The notes under the pieces are model-generated. The model saw only the letters and a program-made list of their open reading frames with translations, made no database searches and was not told the DNA's origin. Positions 20,918 to 34,464 of a DNA stretch of 64,000 nucleotides are shown piece after piece (position 1 is the stretch's first letter; each line of letters begins with the position of its first letter). This DNA comes from Octopus vulgaris. Its lineage: Eukaryota. A program made the position numbers and the translations under genes. The stretch covers positions 69,378,001 to 69,442,000 of the forward strand of contig OX597819.1 of NCBI GenBank assembly GCA_951406725.2. The letters run 5' to 3'.

Positions 20918-22842
20918 GTGACGACTCTTACATTCTTTCTGGGCTACTGGTGTACTTTGACTGGTAATATGTCATACGGTTTCACCATTTTGTCCACAAA
21001 TTCTGCGCTTATCACTTTCGGAATTGTTGTCTATTCTGTATTTGATGTAATTTGTTCTTCTGGTTTTAAATCACTTTTAATCATCCATGACCATCTTTTT
21101 TCTCTGTCTGTCTGTCTTATTTTTAACACCCCTACGAAATTGTCCATGCATTCTTTTCCTTATCCACCTATTTTCAGTTTCATTCAATCTCAAGTGCTTG
21201 TACAGTGCGTTATCTTTAGAGCCTTCCATCCTACACAGCCCTGACCTTATTACTTCCAATAATAGTGGTTCTGTGGCATTTTTGATAAACCATTCTATGT
21301 TGTTTTCTTCTGATCTAATGCTGTGTTCACATTGCATCAGTCCTCTTTCCCCTCTTTTTCTTGGTACATACAGTCTGTCTTTGCCACTTTTTTGTTAGAG
21401 TAACCCATATCTAGTCAGTAACTTCTTTGTCTTTCTGTCTAAGCTGTTTAGTTTGTCTATTGTCCATGTAATCGCATGGACAGTAGACTCTATATGTAAG
21501 GAGTGAAACCGCCCAGGTTTCGATAGCTTTAATCTTATTCCGTCTCGTTTAATTTCAAATTAAGGAACAGTCTCAGTCTGCGCAAGTACTCCACTTTAAT
21601 TTTTCTGTCATTTCTTTCTCAATCAATTTATCCATCTCAAATATCCCCAAATACTTATAGACCGTTTCCTCTATCTGCTTCATAACCTCCCCCGACGGTA
21701 TCGTTAGCCCGTCTATACATTTGACTTTGCCTCTCTTCAAGAATAACACACCACACTTTTTCAGTCCGAACTCCATTCTGATATCAGCACTGAAAGTATG
21801 CACCTTATCCATGAGGGAACTGACTTGGAATTCATCTTTACCGTAAATTTGAGGTCATTCATGAATAACAAGTAGTTGACATTTTGTTGGCGGCTTTTGA
21901 ATACACATCCAGTCTTTGTTTTCCTCAGAATCAGTACAAAGATCAGTGGGGTCAGGCAGTCCCCTTGGAAAATGCTTCTCCTGATTTCGATTGTCCCTAA
22001 ACTTCTTCCTGTCAGTTCCGACCTCCATTTGCCATACTATTTCCAAACAATCGCTCAGCTTTTGATACAATACCAAATGGGTTCATACATTCCTTAATCC
22101 AAGAATGTGGGATCGTGTCGTACGCCTTGCGATAATTGATCCATGATATTGCTAAGTTAGTTTATCTCCTCTTGCAGTCTCTAAGTACAGTTTTGTCTAC
22201 CAGGAGTTGATGCTTGTTACCTCTGCACTTACGCTTGCATCCATTCTGCTCATGTGGAAGGACTCCATTGACTATGTGACTATTGCAATCAATAATTTCT
22301 ATATAAATAGCAAGCTGGATATCGGCCTATAATTGTTTACCGTATCGCTTTCTTCGATGTTTTTCAAGCACAGCACTGTCTTACCCATTGTCAACCACTT
22401 TGGTGTTACTTGGTCGGCATATAACAAAGCGTTGGGTTATGCAGCTATTTGTGCATGACATTCTCTAAACCTTTTGTTCCAGTAGTATTGAACTCCCTCT
22501 GCTCCCGGGAACTTCCAGCTACCCATTTTTTTGCTTAGACTTTCAATTCCATTTGGTATCAACTTTTCATCTATACACTCTCCATTTATTTCTTTATAGA
22601 ATCTCTTCTGATCTATTCAGAATAACCTATTCTGCCGGTATCCCTTCATTCTTTAGCCGTATCTTACCATCTTTGCAACGAGGCGTTATTTCAGTTCATC
22701 CATTACTACTTTCAGGCCCTTTCTTTCAATATCATACTTCCTGTTCAGTGCCCTGTATCTGTCTTCGCTTTTAAGCTCCCCCTTCTCTTTTCGGTCTAAC
22801 ACAGAAATGTCCATCGAGAGCATATGTAACCCCACCTGTACG
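20918..22842 (-). mobile_element. R4/Dong element B, 5' portion (RT and zinc knuckle), degraded
   Basis: IFQGDCLTP, VNYLLFMNDLKF, MEFGLKKCG, YKYLG, then RICGQNGETV*HITS..AQKECKSRH running into the satellite. The 5' end abuts (TAA)n. Confidence 0.9.
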
Positions 22843-23105
<263 letters not shown>

Positions 23106-23400
23106 TGCCTTCGCACAACTTCTAACGCTAGAGACATACTACAGTGTCAGCTGTTTACTACCAGTGAAATAAGGTAATACCTGTTTTCTGCAAGCCCTCC
23201 ACCCTTATTCCAGCCCATATTTGTTCCATGTACTTCTGAAGATTTTTTCTCATTGTTCCCAGTGCTCCGAATACCACTTTTTTTCGTCGACCACAACTGC
23301 TTAACTGCCCAAGCTAACCTTTCGTATTTATTGACTTTTCTCTCTTCCTTATAGCATACTTTGTTGTCAGCTAGGCATGCTATATCTATGATCCAGCATT
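23106..23400 (-). mobile_element. R4/Dong 3' fragment C (same family as B)
   Basis: Similar to 12200-12530 (gcacaacttc..acgct.gaga...ccagtgaa.taaggta...cacaactgcttaac...ccaagctaacct). Flanked by ATT repeats. Confidence 0.85.
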
Positions 23401-23558
23401 ATTATTATTATTGATACTATCATTGTTTTCGCAGTGGGGAGTGCTAAAGTGACATAAGTTCCGAGAGTAATGTGAATGGCACTCAAGTTTCTTCAGGGTA
23501 TTTTTGCTCTACATGTATTGAGTTCTGATTATCGTGACTTTCCTAACTAACATGCTTT

Positions 23559-23559
<1 letters not shown>

Positions 23560-23610
<51 letters not shown>

Positions 23611-23815
23611 TATATATATATACATATATAAATATATGTATATATATATTGCATATATATATACATATATAAATATATGTATATAACAAACATGCTTTTA
23701 TATATAAATATATATATATATATGTGCATATATATATACATATATATATATATGCATATATATATATATGTATGTATATATATATACATACATATATATA
23801 TGTATATATATATAC

Positions 23816-23892
<77 letters not shown>

Positions 23893-23893
23893 C

Positions 23894-23939
<46 letters not shown>

Positions 23940-24036
23940 TATATATAAACATACATATATATATATATAAATATATATATATATATGTACACACACACTC
24001 ACATACACACATGCACACACGCAAGTAAAAACACAT

Positions 24037-24080
<44 letters not shown>

Positions 24081-24100
24081 TCTACGGTTTATATATATAC
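23560..24100. repeat. (TA)n/(CA)n compound microsatellite
   Basis: Directly visible. Confidence 0.97.
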
Positions 24101-24717
24101 ACAGACATACATGCATACACACAGGCATGCTTACGTGCATACATACATGCAAAGATACGCGCATAGATTCATGAATGCACAAACACACAAATACTTATAT
24201 CCATATATATATAGATACAAATACAAACAAACACACATATATACAGTAACACATAAATACATTATAAAATACATACATACATACATAGCCGCATACATGT
24301 ATTACATTAGCACACACTACTCACAGAATTTCAGAGCATTCTACACAACAGATGAAGTGTGTTTGCTAAATAATCTTCTGCGCATGCTCAATTGTACATA
24401 CTTTGTTCAATTGTCAAGATAATGCTGAAGAAAATGTTAAAGTAACCTGCATTGATATTTTGATATTTACAAAAGGTCATCCCTATTATAAACTATAGGA
24501 AACCAGCAAAAGGCATGATAGAAACACACAAAAAATATCCTGAATATGACAAAACGTACATGTATACAATTGCAGAGTTGTTATATAAATTGTAATGAAA
24601 CAAGCTCATACAATGCTTACAGAATATATGGACGTATGATTGTACGAAAAACAAAAAGCATGTGCTAGAAGGATATATCATATTTTATTAAATGCTGTAT
24701 CTTGCAGATGTTTTTTG

Positions 24718-24756
<39 letters not shown>

Positions 24757-24914
24757 GTCTCTCTCTTTGTCTCTCATTCTGTCTCTGACTCTATCTGTCT
24801 GTCTCTTATTTTCTCTCTCTCAAACAGACGCACATAAACACATGCTATTTAATGCCACGTGAGTAATAATCATATAACCTGTATTTCAAAGCTTCTTTTC
24901 GGTCATCGGCTACC

Positions 24915-25370
24915 ATATGCTTTCATGCAGCGTCGATATAGCTCGTAGGATGAGCTCCTGGATCCTAAGAACCTTCTGGTTCAGAGAACAAGGTGTCATC
25001 ATTCCACTATTTTCCTCCTTTGTACGGCCACACCTCGAATGCTGCTGCCTCTGTGGTCTCCCCATACAAAACAAAACATCTCGAAAATTGAATCACCCCA
25101 GAGGGCATTCACTAAGCGAATTAAGGGGATGACTGATCTCTATTACTTAAAGCATTGAAACTCTACTCTCTCCAGCGCCACTGCGAGTGATATATCATTT
25201 GCTCGATGTGAAGAATATACCACCAGCATTGCCCAAACGACCTCAACTCTAGCTTCAAAGCTCATCCATGGTTAAGATCACAGGCCATACGTTCCCTACC
25301 CAATTCAGGATCACAACACATAAATGCACTGCAACAGAATTTCTTTTCCCCAACATGTCCAAATCTGGGA
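24915..25370 (+). mobile_element. CR1/L2-group LINE ORF2 C-terminal remnant
   Basis: ARRMSSWILRTF..IIPLFSSFVRPHLECC, then frameshifted WSP, KIESPQRAFTKRI and LKLYSLQR. Confidence 0.8.
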
Positions 25371-26584
25371 GGTTTTTCAGTTCTCAAATGAATATGGACA
25401 GGCATATGAACTTTCTATCGCTCGAAATAAATGTTCGTATATTTTAGCTGTTTGCCATACTTAAAACGTTTTCATGTAATTGTTGAATAACTCCTGTCGA
25501 TACCAGAGCGATAGTTGTGATTCCTCAACGCATCCCCGCTTCAATCCGACATAATTGCAATAATGTGCCAGTTTGAAGGATGGTTGCATTTATAATTTCT
25601 TTGCAGGAGAAGATGTTTGGTTTACAAATTCCGGTTATGCTGTGCGGTTAACAAGCTTAAATAGTTAGGAAAGATGTTACATAAACGTTAACACAAAACA
25701 TACTTGGCGATTGCGAAATAGAGTGCTTGGTACAATTTTACACCCGTTTCAAAAATTCATAGGCTAGTTGATTCAATAAAGTGTTTGTTGCCTAGGGGTG
25801 TTCATATAGATGTGTTATTACGCGTAAAAAGGAAGAACTTTTTATATATACATAAGCTTATTAGTAAGTTGTTAAGGAAAGACAGAACGAAAGAAGGAGA
25901 ACGGATACATGGGCAGCAAATAAGGGAAAGACAAGCAGAGAAATAGTAAAACTCAAAGAAACTCATATTACAGACGTTATTATATATACAGGTACAACGA
26001 TTTTTGTTAGATTCGTATACACAGCGACATGGAGAATCCTCTTGCTGCAGAACCGTTGTGTGACTTTTATGAAGTCTAACTTGGTCGTGGTTTGTGCTCA
26101 TCAATAAGTGTAGTTTAACCCGTTCTTATAGGGTTGTGAAACGCTGATTCGGAATTCAGATGCAATAAAGCATTACAGCTCAAAAACGTATATATTCGAC
26201 GATTCGAATAATTCATTCATTGCCTAATGTATGTTCACAAATTCTGTCTATCAGTAGAATGTCACCCCGCGACTATTTCCCAGGTAAAAGAGCTTCCCAC
26301 ATCCGAGTGTGCACGAAAGGTGGTGAATAATATTGTATAAGCATATATTTCATTCGACGATGCTTTGTGCGACTAGAGTTAATAGCAGATTCGATAAATT
26401 TTTGAAAAGAAGCGGAAGCCTGAACTAGTAAAGTAGATCTATATATATAGTTATAGTAGCATTAATATCTGTATAATATCATATAATACAACTCAATCTC
26501 TTTGGCGGCAATAGGTCGAGAGCAACATTACAGACCAATACGCGTACATTTATAAATTTCATAAATATATGTGTACATAAGCGC

Positions 26585-26608
26585 ATGTGTGTGTATACAT
26601 ACATATAT

Positions 26609-26658
<50 letters not shown>

Positions 26659-26675
26659 GTATATATATATATATG

Positions 26676-26707
<32 letters not shown>

Positions 26708-26825
26708 TATATGCAAACATACACGAACGCATACGTTTGTACATATGTCTGTGTGTGTGCGCGTGTGTGTGTATCTGTGTGTCTGTCTGTATATATGTAT
26801 GTATATATATACATATGCATATATG

Positions 26826-26896
<71 letters not shown>

Positions 26897-26930
26897 ATAT
26901 TTGTATGTACGTATGCATATGTATGTTATT
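26585..26930. repeat. (TA)n/(TG)n compound microsatellite
   Basis: Directly visible. Confidence 0.97.
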
Positions 26931-27796
26931 GAAAAACTTTCATGATACTAATCACCAGGCCTGCACACACCGGAGCGTCGGCATCTCTCAGTAATTTTCA
27001 ACGTGATTCTAACCTTCCAGTCGACATGTGACAGATATGATTTTCTGATGATATCAAACGCTACCAGACAAGGTAATTAATATTAGCAACGGAGTAATTC
27101 AATTGCAAGTGAGCAATGATATATGAACGTGTTTGAGAACATTTTGATTCTTGTCCGGGATACACGATACAAGTGAACTTTGACATGTCGGTGGATATCT
27201 GCAGTTAATAGTTCAACGATATTTTGACAGACGGCAAAATTGTTGCTATTTGTTTGGGATATTGATGTAAATGCCAAAGTTCCGAGATTGTTCGCTGTAG
27301 TAAGAGACTAAACTCCATTCTTGAATATTTCACTGTTCCGCAAAAGGCTAAAGTGTTCTATCGGGTTACAAGAATCAGTAAACATATTTGCTTAACTATA
27401 CATATCTTTCTATCGAAATATCAATATGGTTATTCACGTACTTATCTGCCACATTGATTCCAATATCACTTTATCTTTATTTATTCACATAATTCTGCTG
27501 TATATTGTGCTTTTTCTTTTTCCTTTCCCCGTCTATCTATTTTCTCACATCCGAGATATGAGCACGTATTTCCGTGAGTCGGAGCGCGTGCACGACCGCG
27601 TATGTGTTTGATTGTGTGCGTGTGTGTGTATGTGAAAATAATTCTATCTTTGTAGATGTAGTCTGATCGTCCATAAGAGGGTATAAATTGAAAATCTACT
27701 GAATGTAAGTATTTTACCGTTTTGGAGACACACACACTTCCTTGATAGGCATATAGATACACACTTAAACACACACACACACACACACACGCAAAG

Positions 27797-27834
<38 letters not shown>

Positions 27835-27894
27835 ATGTATGTATGTATATATATATGTATGTATGTATGTATGTGTATATATGTATATATATAT

Positions 27895-28990
27895 TGCCAA
27901 GCGTGTCGTTCCACTGGGGTGTTTACCGACCTCGCGGTTAGCCTCTTGTCAGCCGGCGCTGTCAGAATTGACATTGCAGATTAGTTCAACACTGCGCCGG
28001 ATAATATTATCGAAATCACTGACGCAGTTTCTGAGAGGGTGACATGTCGAACTGCGTAACGAGAAAAGTAACTTAGGCAGAGCAAAGCAATTCTTCAACA
28101 GGAAGAGAACCAGGTGGACATCAGTGGGGCGAAATATCTCGATCATCCTGGACAAGTTCGAAAGTTTGGCTCGAGGCCCTGCGTTATGGTTTTCGAAAGA
28201 ATTGGGGAGCCAAGAATGCAGGCAGCATCCCTCGGTGTCCACCGAACTCCCGTCAAGACGGATTAGATGCTGAGGATGGCGTCCGGAAATTCGGCCTTAC
28301 CACAACTTACATTTATCAACTCCGATTTGGGTAGGTTCATCTCCATCCCGAGAAGATTTAGGGCTGGGATATCATGCTGAGATTCAACATTAGATGCAAC
28401 CGTACCACCTAAAGTCGTGTCATCCAAGTGCTAAACATTGAAGGCTGAGTGGGCTGATCAGGCAGCATGGTCGACAGCCAATGCAAGAAAGAGCAGACGA
28501 AGTGGGTCACTTTGCTGGATACCTGTGGAAGAAGAGATCATGTTGTCAGAAGCCATGAGCTTGGCGTACCATAGAAGAGAGGTACGTGAGTGGGTGTCCG
28601 AGACAAGTCTCCAAGATGTTGTCGCATTTATACATATACATTCAGCAGGAGGCAAGGTGACAACGACAATCTGTGCTGCATGAAGCGTCTAGCAGCGTGG
28701 GGAGCCACTTCACATCCACAGTTGCCCCCATTCCCCTCTGGACGGGGTTTAGTACTTCACTCATGCCATCCCTGATTGACTTAACGTGACCACAAATCGT
28801 CGAAAGACGTTATCCATCGCTATCGGACACATTTTTCTGCCCTTCTTTTTCAGCGCAATCAGATTGGTTAAGAAGACACCACAGGCACGACGAGGAGGTT
28901 CCAATAAGTCTGTCTATCAGAGCATTGATGGATCGGAGCAAGGGCACTCCTACCTCGTGTAGCTTATCTCTCGTGAGTAATACTTTCGGT
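27895..28990 (-). mobile_element. CRE-clade-like non-LTR RT remnant
   Basis: PIAMDNVFRR, ISSSTGIQQSDPLRLLFLALAVD, HLDDTTLGG and LFLLKNCFALPKLLFSLRSS match CRE-type RT motifs (GVQQGDPLGP, YLDD). Confidence 0.7.
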
Positions 28991-29394
28991 GACGTCTTAG
29001 TTTAAATTGCATATTATTAAATCCCCTTCGAAGGAGTAAAAGCTGTAGCTACCTTTTGAATGCGATTCCCGTATCAACTGCAAGCTAACTTAACTGGTCC
29101 ATGTCCCACAAGTAGCCGTTTTGCCATACAAGTCTTTTAAAAAATAATTATAATATAATGAAATATTGTTTCTTACTGACTGAACATTCAAGATACGGCA
29201 TGTATAGAAAGCAAGGAGACTTATTTACATATATATGGATGTTTGAATTGTTACATTCTAAATGCAAAGACAGTTTTATATTCTATCTACATTTCGATTA
29301 TATTCATTGAACGTACGTTCACAATGGGTTTTTAGTAAGGCACGGCTGGCATGTTTAATTTAATGTACATTTTGTTGATAAAACTTTGCATTAA

Positions 29395-29545
<151 letters not shown>

Positions 29546-29681
29546 ACTTAAATTTATGAAGCATTCGTATCGTTACTGTTTCTATTTATATTCTGTTCCG
29601 TTTAATAATAGTTGAAACTTGCTAAATAATTTGAATGTTCTTATACTGCACAAATATTCACCATTTTCTTTAATGTCACAG

Positions 29682-29935
29682 TGATAATGCGCTGTATCAT
29701 TTTCAATAGCACTTATCATTCATCGGCGCCGGCCACTTTACCCATTACAGGCGCTACGGAGTGATACATCGCAGGACATTATTCATGCAATCTTCTTTGC
29801 TTTACAATGTGGCAATGTTTTGATTAAATTCATATGTGAAATAAAAGTCTGAGATAGCTGATCATCTGCCAATTGATATGCGTTAGACAGAACATAATGG
29901 TGATACATTCAAATGGTGCTTCATTGCACCAATGG
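29682..29935 (+). pseudogene. Possible decayed C-type-lectin exon
   Basis: From 29805: QCGNVLIKFICEIKV*DS*SSAN*YALDRT*. This is a CTL-terminal FICE, with stops where the next CTL would have C and W. Upstream acceptor tgtcacag. Confidence 0.35.
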
Positions 29936-30544
29936 GTTACGGGCTTCTATTATTGATTTTCCTTTACAATTATTCACAGATGCAGGCCGTGAATATGGCT
30001 TTGTCACCGGCTGAATATCGCACAAGGGTTTAGAAGCATGTATTGATAATTCATATAAAGAAATTCTGAGAAACGCAAGAAGTTAATAACTAGGTTAAAC
30101 AACCCACAGGCTGCTCTGAGTTCTCCAGCTTCCTTGATATGATAATCCTTCGTGGGAATATTGTACAGACAAAACCGCAACTCAAAAGCCGTGCCTTCAC
30201 CTCAGGCTTGGAAACTGTTGAAATTATGAACAGCTATTGAGAATATATAAGTTTCAAGAATAATATACACAATATTACTTGAAATATTTGGAATGTAACA
30301 ACTTTTACACACGTGTCCAAGACAGCCACATATTGAAAAGCATCAGCAAAACAAATACTTCACTCATAATTATGCTGCAACTTTTAGAACACACGGTACT
30401 TACGATGTTTCTATGTTTAGCTCAACAGTTCCTCGTCAGAATAAACAAGATGAATGAAAGAATTATTCTCACAGCATATCGTCCCTACTTTCCACTACAA
30501 CTGAAGACTAGATGAAACATGACAAGAAGGATTAGAATTAATAA

Positions 30545-30740
30545 TAGTTTCGAATGTTGGCACAAAACCAGGAATTTGAAGAGATGTAGTAAATTGATTA
30601 CATTTATCCCAGTACTCAAATGGTATTGATTTTATGAATCCCGAAATTATGAAAGACAAAGGCGACCTCGGCGGAATTTGAACTCAGAAGGTAACCACGA
30701 ACGTTTCACCCGATGTGCTAACGACTCTACAAGCTTACTA
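30545..30740 (-). mobile_element. Family A SINE
   Basis: ggcgacctcggcggaatttgaactcagaa...gctaacgactct is the reverse complement of the family A head and core. Confidence 0.8.
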
Positions 30741-31140
30741 CCCTAGATTTTGTATTAAAAAATACTCACGTTTCATATGATTATCTCAGAGAAATAATCG
30801 ACTTATACCTACTTCCACCAAATCGGAATCATTCGCGTTCGAGTCCCTGTAGAGGTCATGCAGGTTATGGCTATCCTTAGACTAACATGTGGAAGGAAAA
30901 CTTGTCTGCATATAATTAGAGTGTATTTTTCAGAGAATGCAATACAGAAGGAGAGAGTCTCTTACACTACTGTGACTAGAAACGTCAGTTCTCTCGCAGA
31001 TATTTCGTTAATTATAGAAATCATGACGATTAGTCATGATCTGGGTTTTCAATCATTTATAAATATTTAAATTTGCGTGACCAATTGGAAAATATATAAA
31101 CAACCGATCTTTATTACTGTTATTGATCTTATTTTCATGA

Positions 31141-31273
31141 TTATGATGATGATGATGATGACGACGACCACGACCACGACAATCATGATGATGATGATGA
31201 TTACTAACAGCAACAGCATCGTCGTCTTCACCACCAACATCAAAAGCTTAATCATCATCATCGTCGTCGTCAA

Positions 31274-31328
<55 letters not shown>

Positions 31329-31390
31329 TCCATCATTATCATCATTATCATTATTTTTATCATTCTTAATACTACTACTAATAATAATAA
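31141..31390. repeat. (ATG)n/(ACG)n...(ATC)n trinucleotide tract
   Basis: Directly visible; the two halves are partly complementary. Confidence 0.9.
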
Positions 31391-31944
31391 TTTCATTGAG
31401 TCGTGCATGTGTTAACTTTGCCTATCATTTGTTTTGTCTGTTTTTTTTTTCTAGTGGTCGTTGAAATAAGTTCCCCTGAAGTCTTATGCTCGGTTTCATT
31501 TACAGTGTTATCCCTATATTGTTTTCCTAAACCAATATCTTCACAAATTATCTGAAAATAATAGCTGTGTATACAAACAAGAGTCAGTTTAGTGTAAAAC
31601 ACATTACCTATAATATACGAAATCACAAAAAGAATCACGTACCCTTGTGAAAATATCAGATTCGTTTTCCTTTCAATTGTTCACCAAGCAAATTCGATTG
31701 CTCGCTTTTTATTTGAGTAAACCTACTTTGAAGGTGGTTATCTCTATCTACTGTGACGTGGTAGGCTGCTTTCTGTAGAGCTAAGACAACGGAAATCTAA
31801 ACGTATTTTTCATTATACCACAAAGTTCTATCGACCAAGACTATTCATTTCTAAGTTCATTCCCACGTGGTTTATTTTTCGAATCTATAAATATATGGAA
31901 GCTTTCTTTGCATATTATATCTGTGTCGATATCTTCTTGTTTTA

Positions 31945-32506
31945 TTGGGTTGTCCGGAAAGTTCGTACCGATTTATAGTGGCTTACATTTCGACTTATTT
32001 TAGAATATGGTCGAGTCCATATAATAGGATTTGCCTACACCTCCATTTAGAGCACAGTTTAAGCTATCTTTTCGTGGAAGAAGGTTTATGATCCTATAAG
32101 CTGTGTTAATTCTGTAACCCTTTGAAATGGAAGATAAGAAATTTCATTTTCGGCACTCAATGCTTTGAGAATCAGATAAAAATTGCTGCAGGTCGGCTGG
32201 GATGTGTTACCCCATCCTCCATATTCTCCAGATGTTGCTCCTTCGGATTTCCACTTACTCAGGTCTCTGCAGAATAGTCATAATGGTAACAATTTCAATT
32301 GGATGGCATAAAAAGATACTTTGATAAATTCTTTGCCATGAAATCACCTCATTTCTGGGAAGAGGGTATCTTCAAGTTAAAGGAAAGATGGAGACGCATT
32401 GTGCAACAAAATGGTTCATATTTGGTTGATTAAAAATGTAATGGCCAGTATTTATTGACCTTTTTCTTTCCTTTAAAAATCGGCGCGAACTTTCCGGACA
32501 ACCCAA
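31945..32506 (+). mobile_element. Internally deleted mariner with TA target-site duplication
   Basis: TA-ttgggttgtccggaaagttcg ... cgaactttccggacaacccaa-TA. Transposase remnant GWDVLPHPPYSPDVAPSDFHLLRSLQN (YSPDLAP motif). Confidence 0.93.
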
Positions 32507-33229
32507 TATTATTTCCAACTCTCTACTATTCTAATCATGGTTCCTCTTTTACTTAAACAATCGCTTGTTTCACCCAAAGACTCATACTGGGACATCATTG
32601 TTTCTTTGATTGCTAGCTTATTCCATTTTACTTCTAGTGCCATTGTTTCCTCTTCGATTGTGGTCAATGAGTGACAATCACAAAGCTACACGTACTTACG
32701 TTGCTTGACCCTGATGTGGGTTTAACTGGGATCTAAAATTAAGAAAAGGAACATTCTCAGTTTTCTTTGAATACATCCAAAACTATGTTGAGATTTTTTA
32801 TTCTTGCTCTTACTTATACTGTCTTCAGTTGCTGTGAATAAAGTTTCTTGATGGAATTTGTTTCTTTAGTAATTAATAATTGTTGAGTATTTAGTTCACA
32901 ACTACATAGACAAATGGAGTTGAAAGCCGCCATTGATATTGACGAGATCCAACATGGTGGACTTCAACTTGTAACTTAAGTAGCAGTTGAGAAGTGGCGT
33001 CGATTTAATCGACCGGCGTTCTCCCCTACAATATCAGGCTGTTTGCATATAGAAGAAAGGATTGTATAGAACAAAGCGCATTCAGAAATTTTGCTCTGTC
33101 TTAAGGTGTATCAAAAATAGGGAAATTCTGAGAAAAACGAGGTCACGAACTCTGCAAGTGAACCAGAACGCTGATTCCGCCTAACAGACCTCATTCTGTC
33201 AACCCAATCAACGGTACTTACATAAATAA

Positions 33230-33402
33230 ATACCACATTACTTCGGACTTAAATAGGGACAGTTCAATGACCACTTGGCGTCGGATATCCCAAGAGGACT
33301 TGAAGTTAGGAGAGGACTACATGAAATATACTTGCAGTAGTCGACCGAACCTCGTAGTGGGACCTGCCGCTGAATGCGATGAGCAGCACGGGAGGAACTA
33401 AA
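33230..33402 (+). mobile_element. RTE-like LINE 3' end remnant
   Basis: TTWRRISQEDL-like motif and the ending gagcagcacgggaggaactaa. Confidence 0.5.
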
Positions 33403-33784
33403 AGTATTTTTAAATGTATACTAAGGATTCATGTATTCGCTCCTTTTTGAATAGAAGCTATACTTACATTATCTTTCTACACTACCTGATGAAATATCTA
33501 CGAGCTCATACGCGTACAGGATCTCAGTTATATCCTACTATCTCCCATAAGCACAATTACGCAAAAGTATTAATCACCAATAAACCAGGGATCATAAACA
33601 CCTTAAAGTAACACCTACCAAGCCTATATCTTATTTTTGCTTACAGGCAGCAGGAAACAATTCCGAAGATTTTAAATACAAATGTATATCAATCACGAAA
33701 CTATAAAGGTAAACACCAGTCAAATTAGTTGGAAATAACATTCAACGCCTCTACAGCACTTACAGCGACCTCTACTAGTGTCAA

Positions 33785-34180
33785 CCACAGGACTGCGGCC
33801 ATGCTGCAGTAATGCCTTGCATGGTTTAGTCAAACAAATCGACCCCTGTACATATTTTTCTGAGATTTGTTTTCTTTTCTGGTTACTTTTATTTTCTAAG
33901 TCTACCAGTTATACTATTGTCCCTTGCCGTACGACTAAATTACAGGGACGCAAACAAACCAATACTAGCGAAGCTGCGGTGTATGTGGGACGCTGGAAAT
34001 GTAAATCCGAACAGAAAGGCCTATACTCATATATATACAATAGTCTTCCTGTTTCCGTCGACCATATTCGGTCTGCCTGGTGACAATGCAGAAGACGTCC
34101 CCTAGATGTCGAACAGCGGGACTGAAACCAAAACCACATGGTTGCAAAGCAAGTGTCTTAACCACAGAGCCATGCCTACC
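33785..34180 (-). mobile_element. Family B SINE, degenerate
   Basis: gactgcggccatgctg...aaatcgacccc tail and gggactgaaacc...accacatggttg...accacagagccatgcct head, as at 38725-39120. Confidence 0.75.
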
Positions 34181-34464
34181 TCTCGGAACTGAATATTAAT
34201 ACTGGTCTCTTTTAGAAAATCATTATTATCGATTTAGAAGGAAACAAAACAAAACGAGAGATGGTTTATGAATATTTTATAAACAATCTCACATACGTTA
34301 TCAGATACCATCTTATGTAAGTTAGCAGGTTTATAAGATATTTATTGAAACTATCTTACGTATGTTCCAGAAACATAAGATGATTATTAGTTGCATAATA
34401 CAAGTTACATTATCAGCATTTGTTAAATTATCAACTGGTTTTAGTATTAACATTAATTTTCCTT

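Larger units (their letters stand above)
12700..20921. repeat. 8.2-kb complex satellite (A4T4-palindrome matrix, 32-bp subrepeats, Rep-derived modules); putative endogenous CRESS-virus-derived array
   Basis: Nine modules starting tggatggtRagcatctt-like at about 12700, 13366, 14208, 14857, 15877, 17380, 18224, 18871 and 19900. About 22 gaatatgctccatatgctg modules by manual count. ~4.0-kb higher-order duplication. Confidence 0.95.

Noticed and set aside
25390-27400. Possible Tc1/mariner remnants at ~25400-25810 and ~26940-27400
   Set aside because: No convincing TIR pair or catalytic motif could be read.
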